IMG/VR virus record: IMGVR_UViG_3300025738_000008
Coordinates: 1 to 41,536 of that record
Source of the DNA: a virus
Lineage: Duplodnaviria > Caudoviricetes
Reading direction: 5' to 3' (one strand)
Length of the DNA: 41,536 bases
The notes under the pieces were generated by a model. It did not search any database. It had not been told where the DNA came from and worked only from the letters and a program-made list of their open reading frames with translations. The position numbers and the translations under genes are program-made. Shown here piece by piece: positions 9,472 through 17,318 of this stretch; positions within the stretch are counted from its first letter, which is position 1, and the number at the start of each line of letters is the position of its first letter.

Positions 9472-10500
9472 ATGATCATGTTTTTTAAAAACGCATCAAT
9501 TTATGAATTGAGTGAATTCAATCTATCGAATTCTAAAATTGAATCGAAATTAAGTACTGCGCGATTTGTTGAATTAAACGATAACGATGTGCTGGGTAGT
9601 GGTTTTGAGCATATCCAATTCTCAGACAGTGAAAAAGTTGTCCATGAAGTTAATGATTGCTTCTTTTTTAAATACATCAAAGCTATGCGTTCTGTTCCGG
9701 TTGGACAGTTAAATGCGTTGGTTGCGAAAGGTGTATCTGCAGCCGAGTTGTCGGGTCAAAAAATCACGAACAAATTTAAAAGTAATTTAACAGACATTGC
9801 AAGAGCAGAATTGTTACGAGTACAACCTGTTAAACATGTACATATTCGCGCTTATATTGATGTCAAACGTCAACTGCTTGTTGTTGATAATGCATCTGAC
9901 ACTCTTTGTGATGATTTGACTAAGTCACTACGTAAGGTTTTCGGGTCGTTTCGTTGCAGTTCGATCGGTGTTGAGTATTCACCGTGTGACTTTATAAGTG
10001 ATTGGATTGCACTCAGTGCTGATGAGTTTCGTATTCCAATGCCACAATGGTTGAACATTAATTTTTGCGGAACAATAAAAGCTCGAGGTGATGATGCTAA
10101 GCAAACTTTAGTATCAAAAAGTGACACTGTTGTTCGTGATGCATTTACATCGCTGTTCATTACTGAATGCGATATGTTTAAAACTGTCTATGAAACTGAT
10201 TATAGTAACGCAGGATTAATATCATTTACGTTATGCAGTAAGCCCAACACTAGTTTTATTAAACTCAGTAAGATTGATTATGATGTTAAAGATGAAAAAT
10301 ATGATGATAGCGACGATGGATATTATAACGCGCAACTTTATTTAATCGCAGCAGAACTTGGTACGCTGATCGAAGAATTGTCATCGGTATTTGGCGGTCG
10401 CTTTGGCTCTGGTAGAAAAGATATGATCACAGAAGATGTAGAGAAAGCATTGAAAGTTGGCGATGGTAAAGTAATTTGGCTTTCAGAAGGAAAAACATAA
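9472..10500 (+). CDS. rdgC: Recombination-associated protein RdgC
   Basis: [11 protein letters not shown] start, [33 protein letters not shown] end. Confidence 0.85.
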   Translation: MIMFFKNASIYELSEFNLSNSKIESKLSTARFVELNDNDVLGSGFEHIQFSDSEKVVHEVNDCFFFKYIKAMRSVPVGQLNALVAKGVSAAELSGQKITNKFKSNLTDIARAELLRVQPVKHVHIRAYIDVKRQLLVVDNASDTLCDDLTKSLRKVFGSFRCSSIGVEYSPCDFISDWIALSADEFRIPMPQWLNINFCGTIKARGDDAKQTLVSKSDTVVRDAFTSLFITECDMFKTVYETDYSNAGLISFTLCSKPNTSFIKLSKIDYDVKDEKYDDSDDGYYNAQLYLIAAELGTLIEELSSVFGGRFGSGRKDMITEDVEKALKVGDGKVIWLSEGKT

Positions 10501-10943
10501 TGGCATCCAGAGGTGTAAACAAAGTAATTATTCTTGGTAATTTAGGTCAAGATCCTGACGTTCGAACATTTCCAAATGGTGGCTCAGTTGCCAATCTAAC
10601 CATTGCTACAAGTGAATCATGGAGTGATAAGCAAACTGGCGAACATTGTGAGAAGACCGAGTGGCATCGGGTTGCAGTATTTGGCAAGTTAGCTGAAATT
10701 GCGGGTCAATATTTACGTAAAGGCGCACAGGTATATATTGAAGGCGCTTTACAAACTCGTAAATGGCAAGACCAAAATGGGCAAGACCGTTTTACGACTG
10801 AAGTAGTCGTTCAAGGTTTTAATGGTGTGATGCAAATGATTGGTGTGCGTCAAGATGGTCAACGACAGCAGGGTGGCCATGATCAACAACTAAATCAAAA
10901 TGCTGGTTGGGGTCAACCACCACAATTTGCTCAACAAAGCTAA
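10500..10943 (+). CDS. ssb: Single-stranded DNA-binding protein (no acidic C-terminal tip)
   Basis: [19 protein letters not shown]...[23 protein letters not shown], highly similar to enterobacterial SSB. Confidence 0.95.
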   Translation: MASRGVNKVIILGNLGQDPDVRTFPNGGSVANLTIATSESWSDKQTGEHCEKTEWHRVAVFGKLAEIAGQYLRKGAQVYIEGALQTRKWQDQNGQDRFTTEVVVQGFNGVMQMIGVRQDGQRQQGGHDQQLNQNAGWGQPPQFAQQS

Positions 10944-10949
10944 TTCGAT

Positions 10950-11171
10950 ATGGGCTTATCTAGCGACTTACAAGCATATGTTATGAAGTTTAAAAAAGTG
11001 TCTCAAGTAGAAGCACAGGCGTATTTAGATGAATTTATACCGGACTGGCGAGATAAGACGCCAGCTTCGGCATCAGGTGTTATTTATCATGATGGTGATG
11101 ATGGTGAAACAATTTCCAGTTCTACAAAAAAGCGGCCAAAAAATTTATGTCGATTGGGACTGCTTAAATGA
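10950..11171 (+). CDS. Hypothetical protein
   Basis: ORF in operon context. Confidence 0.55.
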   Translation: MGLSSDLQAYVMKFKKVSQVEAQAYLDEFIPDWRDKTPASASGVIYHDGDDGETISSSTKKRPKNLCRLGLLK

Positions 11172-11340
11172 AGATTGGGCGCTGAAAATTCACGGACAAA
11201 CATTAAAGCGGTTAGCTGAAAGAGGGGGGCTATCCCCTGAAGAAATATTTTTAAATGTTGAATGTAAAAAAGCTTCTGAGATTAAAAATATCACTGCCAG
11301 TTTAGCGAGTGATTTAGTGAATAAAATACGAATTAATTAA
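11101..11340 (+). CDS. Hypothetical protein (HGQTLKRLAERGGLS motif)
   Basis: ORF with a motif seen in phage hypothetical proteins; start uncertain (11089-11101). Confidence 0.6.
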   Translation: MVKQFPVLQKSGQKIYVDWDCLNEDWALKIHGQTLKRLAERGGLSPEEIFLNVECKKASEIKNITASLASDLVNKIRIN

Positions 11341-11354
11341 GAGGGAAACTGAAT

Positions 11355-11831
11355 ATGAGAGAAGGCGCGATAATCAATCAGATTAGCGATAGCGTAAATA
11401 AATCTATACAAGAACAAATTCAGCATTTGAGTCATCTAAGCGAGGATAAGCAGGGTGTCGATAAGGTTAGGTACGAAGCTATGTTCGATGGTGCTCAAAC
11501 TGTATTGAGCATCATTAGTCACGATAAGATTTGTGCTACAGGCACTAGCAATTGGTTGAGTAACCTAGACCATGATCAGCTAGTCTTTGCTCAAAAAAAA
11601 ATATCATCATTGATAAATAAAATGGAGCAAGAAGAAAAGATAAAACTATGGTGTATTTATAGTGAATATTCCCTCCCTTATTACTTCAGATCTTATGAAG
11701 AAGCGGTTAAAAAATTAAAAGAAATTATTGATGTAGAGACGACTGAATATTCAAACAGAAAGAATAGATTTCAAATTGGCACTAAGTTTGTTCGTGAGTC
11801 TGAATTGTCTGAATATTTGCCTGATAATTAA
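11355..11831 (+). CDS. Hypothetical protein
   Basis: GAGGG RBS, 158-aa ORF. Confidence 0.7.
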   Translation: MREGAIINQISDSVNKSIQEQIQHLSHLSEDKQGVDKVRYEAMFDGAQTVLSIISHDKICATGTSNWLSNLDHDQLVFAQKKISSLINKMEQEEKIKLWCIYSEYSLPYYFRSYEEAVKKLKEIIDVETTEYSNRKNRFQIGTKFVRESELSEYLPDN

Positions 11832-11845
11832 TAGTGGGAAACTTT

Positions 11846-12124
11846 ATGAGCTCTAAATCTTTATTGAACATAGCAGTTACCGATGGTGTTCTTAATATAT
11901 CAATCGGTGTGGATGCACTAAAAACGTCCATTGAAAGCGGCGAGTTAGATGTAAGCACCTCTGGTGTGTTTGCTATAACTGACCTTGAATCATTTGTTGT
12001 AGATTTTGTTCATGAACTTCGTTCTCAATCAGAAAGTGGTGCAACAGTAGTCGATAAAATGTTTGATATGGCTGCGCTCGAATCGTTAGAAAATGGCGGC
12101 GCAGGTTGCGAAATTTTAGATTAA
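11846..12124 (+). CDS. Hypothetical acidic protein
   Basis: GGGA RBS, ORF in tandem array. Confidence 0.7.
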   Translation: MSSKSLLNIAVTDGVLNISIGVDALKTSIESGELDVSTSGVFAITDLESFVVDFVHELRSQSESGATVVDKMFDMAALESLENGGAGCEILD

Positions 12125-12144
12125 CTAAATATGGGAAACTGAAT

Positions 12145-12323
12145 ATAACTAAGTTTATAGCAATATCAAAGATGAAGCATATGTTGAAGTTGGAGTTTTT
12201 AAAGTTATTCAACCAGGTTCACTAGAGTGGGACGATGAAGTGTTCGATCCTGATTGGGCATGGGCATGGGCATGGGCGATTGGCGATAGAGTTGATACTA
12301 AAAACATTCAATTTTTAATGTAG
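12145..12323 (+). pseudogene. Degenerate small gene (ATA in place of ATG, frameshift, TGGGCA repeat)
   Basis: Same GGGAAACTGAATAT leader as 11355 but followed by ATA; second frame reads KDEAYVEVGVFKVIQPGSLEWDDEVFDPDWAWAWAWAIGDRV...*. Confidence 0.45.
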
Positions 12324-12346
12324 GAAATTGGCAAAAGTTATTCAAT

Positions 12347-12407
12347 AGAAAATAATTTGCTATTATTAGCGTTTAAGTATTGAAAAGAGCAAATAATTTG
12401 CTATAAT
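12347..12407 (+). promoter_or_regulatory. Sigma70 promoter with two palindromic operators
   Basis: TTGAAA (12380) -16 bp- TATAAT (12402) with extended TG; AGAAAATAATTTGCT (12347) and AGCAAATAATTTGCT (12388). Confidence 0.7.
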
Positions 12408-12454
12408 GATTTCAAGAGTTAAGGCAAAGGGCTTTAACGTAAACAAGAGGGACC

Positions 12455-12616
12455 ATGAATAAAAAGAAAAATAAAAAGAAACATAAAAATGAGCAGCTAG
12501 AAAAACAGAGGCTCGAAAGAATAGAATTAAGGCTGAAGATATTAAAACTTTTAATTGAAATACCTTTAATAACAACAGCCATAATCATCGGAATCGACAA
12601 GATTCTAAAAATATAA
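12455..12616 (+). CDS. Small basic membrane peptide, 53 aa (not in ORF track)
   Basis: GAGGGA RBS; MNKKKNKKKHKNEQLEKQRLERIELRLKILKLLIEIPLITTAIIIGIDKILKI. Confidence 0.65.
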   Translation: MNKKKNKKKHKNEQLEKQRLERIELRLKILKLLIEIPLITTAIIIGIDKILKI

Positions 12617-12619
12617 ATA

Positions 12620-12646
12620 AAGGGGGGTTGCCGCCCCCCTTCTTTT
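12620..12646 (+). terminator. GC-rich hairpin between the two peptide ORFs
   Basis: AAGGGGGG-ttgccg-CCCCCCTT then CTTTT. Confidence 0.7.
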
Positions 12647-12656
12647 AAAGGATAGC

Positions 12657-12752
12657 ATGATGATGAAAACGAATAAAGAGTGGTTCCCTGTAGTTGGCGT
12701 GGTCATAGTGACCGTCATATTGGTTTCAACTTACTTTGTATTTTTAAGGTAG
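12657..12752 (+). CDS. Small membrane peptide, 31 aa (not in ORF track)
   Basis: AAGGA RBS; MMMKTNKEWFPVVGVVIVTVILVSTYFVFLR. Confidence 0.6.
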   Translation: MMMKTNKEWFPVVGVVIVTVILVSTYFVFLR

Positions 12753-12754
12753 TT

Positions 12755-12934
12755 ATGTCTGCATCAGATAGTGCAAAAGTGGCAGGGCTTAAAAACCTTG
12801 CCACGGTAATAGAAATGACAGGTCAATCTCGACAAACATTACAAAATTGGTACAGGGATAAACCAGATCTATTTCGTGTTGTGATCGCTGGTTGTGTAGC
12901 GTTAACTCAAGCAGGAAAGTCAAAAGTTGAATGA
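12755..12934 (+). CDS. Small HTH DNA-binding protein, 59 aa
   Basis: AAGGT RBS; AGLKNLATVIEMTGQSRQTLQNWYRDKPDLF HTH-like. Confidence 0.7.
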   Translation: MSASDSAKVAGLKNLATVIEMTGQSRQTLQNWYRDKPDLFRVVIAGCVALTQAGKSKVE

Positions 12935-13133
12935 TGGCACTTTTAATGCGTCTGAATTTAATTTTGAACTAGAAATAGTAGGAGCATATCAAAAAAAATT
13001 CAATCAATGGGAGAGCTTTATACACTGAAGTTAGGTGAAGAGGTTAAACGTGTAAAAGCTGACTCTACTAGACCTGGCTTACTTCTTGGTCTTTGTATAA
13101 AATAATTTTAAGCATAGGAAACTTAGGTAAATC

Positions 13134-13817
13134 ATGAAAATAAATCAGCATACTTCACATCCGTCAGCATTCATTAGTTCGACTTTTGTCGACCTTGAAG
13201 ATGAAAGGGATTGTGTAGCAAAAGGATTACAAGAGTGTGGGCTAATTGTAAATGCCCTAGAAGTAAAGCCTGCTTCAAATGGTACATCTAGATCCGAAAT
13301 ATTGAAAGGTATTAAGGAAAGTGATTTTGTAATATTAATCATTGCTGACAGATTTGGTTCTATTGTGCCCAAGATAACTAATAGTCAATCGTTGAGTGTT
13401 ACTTGGTGGGAATACAAGATGGCCATTACATTTGGAAAACCAGTGATTGCTTTTTTTCAAAAAAGCGATTTTTTCAATACTAATTATCATGATTCTACAT
13501 CAGATGAAAGTTATCCACGAAAGCGTAAATTGTTTGAAAAATTTAAGTCATTGATTACTGTAAGTCATAATCCTGCATATTTTACGGATTCATATGATTT
13601 ATCTGAAAAAGTGAAACGATCTTTAATTTCAACTTACCGTGAAGGTGTTGTAAAACTGGACAGTGACAAATCTTCACTGAATAGAACTATTGCTAATAAA
13701 GAAGCTCTTATTTCCTGTTTAGAAGCTGAGAATAAGGAATTAAAACGTAAGTTGGATAAAACTCAAAACCCTTCAGGTATTGGTATGCTAACTGGCTTTG
13801 GAAGTTTGAGTAAATAA
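13134..13817 (+). CDS. DUF4062 (TIR-clan) domain protein with C-terminal coiled coil
   Basis: FISSTFVDLEDER, SDFVILIIADRFGS, SVTWWEYKMAITFGKPVIAF motifs. Confidence 0.8.
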   Translation: MKINQHTSHPSAFISSTFVDLEDERDCVAKGLQECGLIVNALEVKPASNGTSRSEILKGIKESDFVILIIADRFGSIVPKITNSQSLSVTWWEYKMAITFGKPVIAFFQKSDFFNTNYHDSTSDESYPRKRKLFEKFKSLITVSHNPAYFTDSYDLSEKVKRSLISTYREGVVKLDSDKSSLNRTIANKEALISCLEAENKELKRKLDKTQNPSGIGMLTGFGSLSK

Positions 13818-13881
13818 AATGGTTTTCTTTGATTCTACACGCGGAGAATAATCAGAAAGTGTACCGTGTGTTGACAGATAA

Positions 13882-14088
13882 CTAATCTTGGAGTTGTTCA
13901 TAACCAGCTTCTCTTAGTCTTTTTATATCTCTACCTGATACTACCCAAAATTTATAATCGTCACCGTGAAATATACCGTAGTGATGACCTCGTAATGTGC
14001 GCTTGTGTTTATACTCCATAGCCATTTCGCGGTTGTGTAAGCTGAATTTCCAAATATTAGATTGGTATACACCGTTAATTGTTTTCAT
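13882..14088 (-). CDS. Hypothetical protein
   Basis: GGAG RBS; FWVV...RLREAGYE C-terminus. Confidence 0.7.
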   Translation of the reverse strand: MKTINGVYQSNIWKFSLHNREMAMEYKHKRTLRGHHYGIFHGDDYKFWVVSGRDIKRLREAGYEQLQD

Positions 14089-14265
14089 ATCTATCTCCTA
14101 TCTTGTTGGTTAAACCAACATTAGCGTTAGTATTTCTGGAATGCTATTAGTTATTGAAGAAGAAGAGGTCGTGGTCGCAGACAAGCTATTTAGTCATAAT
14201 AAGACTAGCTTTCCAGCCTGGTAATAATTAGTGTCGTTAATAACTTAAACACGCCAGGAGAAGTT

Positions 14266-14514
14266 ATGAATAATATTAAACCACGTCAAAATAGTCTTGT
14301 GACCAATATACTTAACAGCACGAATAAACATGCATTAGATGCTAAAAACATTCATCATAAGCTGGGTGAAATTAATAGTTTTTTGCATATTACATTTGTT
14401 ATTGAACAGTTGTACATTGCGGGGTTACTAGATGTTGAAGATGGAAATCGTTATATCACGACAGATGCGGGGAGATTATTTAATTCAGACAAAAACACTA
14501 TATGCTGTGTTTAA
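14266..14514 (+). CDS. Small winged-helix-like protein
   Basis: AGGAG RBS; IEQLYIAGLL...YITTDAGR wHTH signature. Confidence 0.6.
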   Translation: MNNIKPRQNSLVTNILNSTNKHALDAKNIHHKLGEINSFLHITFVIEQLYIAGLLDVEDGNRYITTDAGRLFNSDKNTICCV

Positions 14515-14541
14515 AATAAAAATAAACACAATATGTAGTTG
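14495..14541. promoter_or_regulatory. Tandem NrdR-box-like sites
   Basis: ACACTATATGCTGTGT (14495-14510) and ACACAATATGTAGTTG (14526-14541), 31 bp apart; NrdR consensus acaCwAtATaTwGtgt. Confidence 0.6.
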
Positions 14542-14567
14542 CAAATGTCCTATTGATGCGGTATAAA
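14539..14567 (+). promoter_or_regulatory. Late promoter (pR'-like)
   Basis: TTGCAA -17 bp- TATAAA, followed within ~40 nt by a terminator, upstream of the lysis and virion genes. Confidence 0.65.
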
Positions 14568-14603
14568 TTAGCCATTGTGCGGTTTTTGTAACTCAGCACA
14601 AAT

Positions 14604-14632
14604 AAAAACCTCGCCATTGTGCGGGGTTTTTT
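14604..14632 (+). terminator. tR'-like terminator (Q-antiterminated)
   Basis: AAAAACCTCGC-cattgt-GCGGGGTTTTTT. Confidence 0.85.
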
Positions 14633-14641
14633 CGTTTCTGG

Positions 14642-14830
14642 ACGCGGTTTGAGTACCTGAGACCTGCAGAATAAGCAGAGAGGAGCCGCGTATTTTTTAC
14701 GGCAATGAAATGGGCGACTGTGAAGTGCGATAACACCCCACAGTCAATTGACCTATTACAGAAGTCATAAGCCAACACCAAGGCCCATCCAGCTTTGCAA
14801 AGCGGAATGGAGTCTACAGGAAAGTAGGTC
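14642..14830 (+). ncRNA. Putative structured late-leader RNA
   Basis: Stems 14642-50/14683-91, 14710-15/14783-88, 14716-22/14739-45, 14749-52/14764-67 and GCTTTGCAAAGC. Confidence 0.45.
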
Positions 14831-14833
14831 TGT

Positions 14834-14959
14834 ATGACAGTATTAAGGGTATTACGTTGTCAAAACTGCAACGCTAAGTTATGTGAATTTGATGGTATCG
14901 TCAAAACGAAATGTAAGCGTTGTAAATCATTGGTTGAAGGGAGTACCAAGAGTACCTAA
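14834..14959 (+). CDS. com: Mu Com-like zinc-ribbon translational activator, 41 aa (not in ORF track)
   Basis: MTVLRVLRCQNCNAKLCEFDGIVKTKCKRCKSLVEGSTKST: RCxxC-K-L...KCxRC, directly upstream of a DNA modification gene. Confidence 0.8.
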   Translation: MTVLRVLRCQNCNAKLCEFDGIVKTKCKRCKSLVEGSTKST

Positions 14960-14973
14960 TCTTAGGAACTCTA

Positions 14974-16020
14974 TTGAATCACTCTTTTTTGAACAATCGC
15001 ATTCAGCTAGCGAACGCTGATTGCCTTATCTATTTAAAAACTTTACAAGATAGTAGTGTTGATCTTGTTTTAACCGACCCACCGTATTTTCAAGTGAAAA
15101 AAAACGCTTGGGATAATCAGTGGCCAGATGTTGAAACGTTTTTAGCATGGCTTGATGAAGTGCTACTTGAATTTTGGCGTGTATTAAAGCCATCAGGTTG
15201 TATTTATTTGTTTTGTGGCCACAAGCTTTCAGCTGATACCGAGATGCTTATGCGTCAACGGTTTAACATGTTAAATCACATTACATGGGCAAAACCTAAC
15301 GGTCCTTGGCGACGCATGAGAAAAACGGATCTTCGTTCGTTCTTCCCTGCTACGGAGCGCGTTTTATTTGCTGAACACTATGGTGCAGAAGGACATGCGA
15401 AAGGCGTGTCCAGATATGCAAAGCAGTGTGCAAAATTAAAGAAAGAGGTTTTTAAACCTCTGATTAATTATTTTAAAGATGCCCGGGAACAACTTGGCAT
15501 TTCAGCAAAAGATATAAACAAGGCTACTGACACACAAATGTGTTCGCATTGGTTTAGTGCGAGTCAATGGCAACTTCCAAATCGTGAACAATATGAAAAG
15601 CTGCAGGCGTTGTTTGCTGAACATGCTGGCAAACTCTGTCGTTCTCACGATGAATTAACAAAAGAATACGATGCATTAAATGCTGATTACCAATTTTTAA
15701 CTCGTCAGTATGATGATTTAAAAGCTGAGTATGAGTCGTTGCGTCGTCCATTTAGCGTCACAAGTGACGTGCCTTACACCGACGTTTGGACGTTTGCTCC
15801 TGTCGCGTATTATCCTGGTAAACATCCGTGCGAAAAGCCCGCAGAAATGCTGGAACATATTCTTACTGCTAGCAGTCGAGAAGGTGGTGTCGTGCTTGAT
15901 GCGTTTATGGGTTCTGGTTCAACTGGTAAAGCGTGCGCGAAACTAAACCGCCGTTTTATTGGTATTGAAATGGAGGAGGGCACTTATTTGTCGACTGTCG
16001 AGTCATTCAAAGAATTATAG
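14974..16020 (+). CDS. Site-specific DNA methyltransferase (N6-A/N4-C, beta class) with internal HTH-like insert
   Basis: TDPPY, HPCEKP, VLDAFMGSGSTG; TTG start. Confidence 0.92.
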   Translation: MNHSFLNNRIQLANADCLIYLKTLQDSSVDLVLTDPPYFQVKKNAWDNQWPDVETFLAWLDEVLLEFWRVLKPSGCIYLFCGHKLSADTEMLMRQRFNMLNHITWAKPNGPWRRMRKTDLRSFFPATERVLFAEHYGAEGHAKGVSRYAKQCAKLKKEVFKPLINYFKDAREQLGISAKDINKATDTQMCSHWFSASQWQLPNREQYEKLQALFAEHAGKLCRSHDELTKEYDALNADYQFLTRQYDDLKAEYESLRRPFSVTSDVPYTDVWTFAPVAYYPGKHPCEKPAEMLEHILTASSREGGVVLDAFMGSGSTGKACAKLNRRFIGIEMEEGTYLSTVESFKEL

Positions 16021-16049
16021 GAGCGTACTGAAAAGTACGATTAGTCACT

Positions 16050-16328
16050 ATGTTAAAGAACAACAAAAGCTGGCTATCTAAGCTGATGGCATGGTGGCTA
16101 GGCACTAGCTTTTCAGCGAAAGCTGACGAAATATCCACGGGTTCAACCAAATTTTTTGCGGGTTTCGCTACTTTTTTCGGTGCGTTCTCAGTCAATGAAT
16201 GGGGCGTTATCTTCGGTATATTCCTCGGTGTTGCTTCATTTATTTTGTCTTGGTATTTCAAAGTGAAGAATCACGACTTACTTCGATCTCGTATTGAGCA
16301 AGATTTAATGAAGGAACTAAGCCAGTGA
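16050..16328 (+). CDS. Holin (HP1-like)
   Basis: SVNEWGVIFGIFLGVASFILSWYFK transmembrane motif; overlaps endolysin start; true start may be internal. Confidence 0.75.
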   Translation: MLKNNKSWLSKLMAWWLGTSFSAKADEISTGSTKFFAGFATFFGAFSVNEWGVIFGIFLGVASFILSWYFKVKNHDLLRSRIEQDLMKELSQ

Positions 16329-16906
16329 AAAAAAGTAACAAAGCTGTTTGCTCAGTAATAGCCATTATCGGCATTATTACAGGCGGCGCTTATCAGACAG
16401 AAGCCGTTTCCTTCCCGCCTGTCGGAGATGTTGAAATAAATGGATCCACGGTCGCAAAGCTTAAAGTGTCTCAGCGAGCACTAGAAATAATCGGTAATGC
16501 AGAGGGTTGTAGATTAAAACCGTATGCTTGCCCTGCGGGGTTAGCGACGGACGGAATTGGTAATACACATAATGTTACCGGGAAAGTTAAAACAGAAGCC
16601 GAAATTGCAATGGAATGGGTCCGCAATATCAGCTCTGCAGAAACATGTCTCATTACCTCAACGGGTGATGTCTTAATGAGCCAGGGGCAAGTTGACGCCT
16701 TTACGTCATTTATATTCAACACAGGTTGCACGCGATTCAAGAATAATCCGGACGGTAGTGAGACACGTATTTTTAAACATATAAAAGCTGGTAGATATAA
16801 GAACGCTTGTAATGAGTTGCGTTTTTGGGTTTATGGCGCTGGTAAGAAGTTAACTGGCTTGGTCAAACGAAGGAAGGTGGAAACTGATGTTTGCTTTTCT
16901 TCGTAA
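16325..16906 (+). CDS. SAR endolysin, GH24 lysozyme (P1 Lyz-like)
   Basis: N-terminal weak TM with Cys; IGNAEGCRLKPYACPAGLATDGIGNTH catalytic motif. Confidence 0.9.
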   Translation: MKKSNKAVCSVIAIIGIITGGAYQTEAVSFPPVGDVEINGSTVAKLKVSQRALEIIGNAEGCRLKPYACPAGLATDGIGNTHNVTGKVKTEAEIAMEWVRNISSAETCLITSTGDVLMSQGQVDAFTSFIFNTGCTRFKNNPDGSETRIFKHIKAGRYKNACNELRFWVYGAGKKLTGLVKRRKVETDVCFSS

Positions 16907-17318
16907 GATAAATACTACAACCGTTATTGGTTTGCTGTTTATTGCTGGAATTAGTTTTTTATCGTTACGAATTGGATTGTTGCAAAATACAATCAAAAAA
17001 CAATCTCTGCAGTTAGAAATTAAAACAGCAAAACTAGCTACTGCAAAGCAATCGATCGAAACTGTTTCACAGACCAACACTAATTTAAATTCAACGATTG
17101 ACACGCTAACTCAACACTTGAAAGATGAGCGTCGTGCTGTTGAATTCATAAAAAAATACAATGGGGCCGTGGACGCATCGGTCAATAAAGCTGTCGGCAA
17201 ACTAAAAGGACTACTCAAAAATGAAGAAGATGATTGTGGTTCTCGGCCTTTGCCTTCCGGTGTTATTGACAGCATGTGGCAGCACTACGGAGTTGAAGGT
17301 CGTAACCCAAACCCGTGA
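16887..17318 (+). CDS. Inner-membrane spanin (Rz-like)
   Basis: N-terminal TM, coiled coil, C-terminal C...LPSGV. Confidence 0.8.
   Translation: MFAFLRKINTTTVIGLLFIAGISFLSLRIGLLQNTIKKQSLQLEIKTAKLATAKQSIETVSQTNTNLNSTIDTLTQHLKDERRAVEFIKKYNGAVDASVNKAVGKLKGLLKNEEDDCGSRPLPSGVIDSMWQHYGVEGRNPNP

Noticed and set aside
11743-11758. LexA-box-like CTGAATATTCAAACAG
   Set aside because: Inside a coding region with no clear overlapping promoter; one such match is expected by chance in AT-rich DNA.
12366-12600. Two minus-strand hydrophobic ORFs in the track
   Set aside because: Shadows of the plus-strand 53-aa ORF, which has the promoter, RBS and hairpin.
14593-14781. 62-aa minus-strand ORF over the late leader
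   Set aside because: Overlaps terminator and RNA stems; no RBS or recognisable motif.
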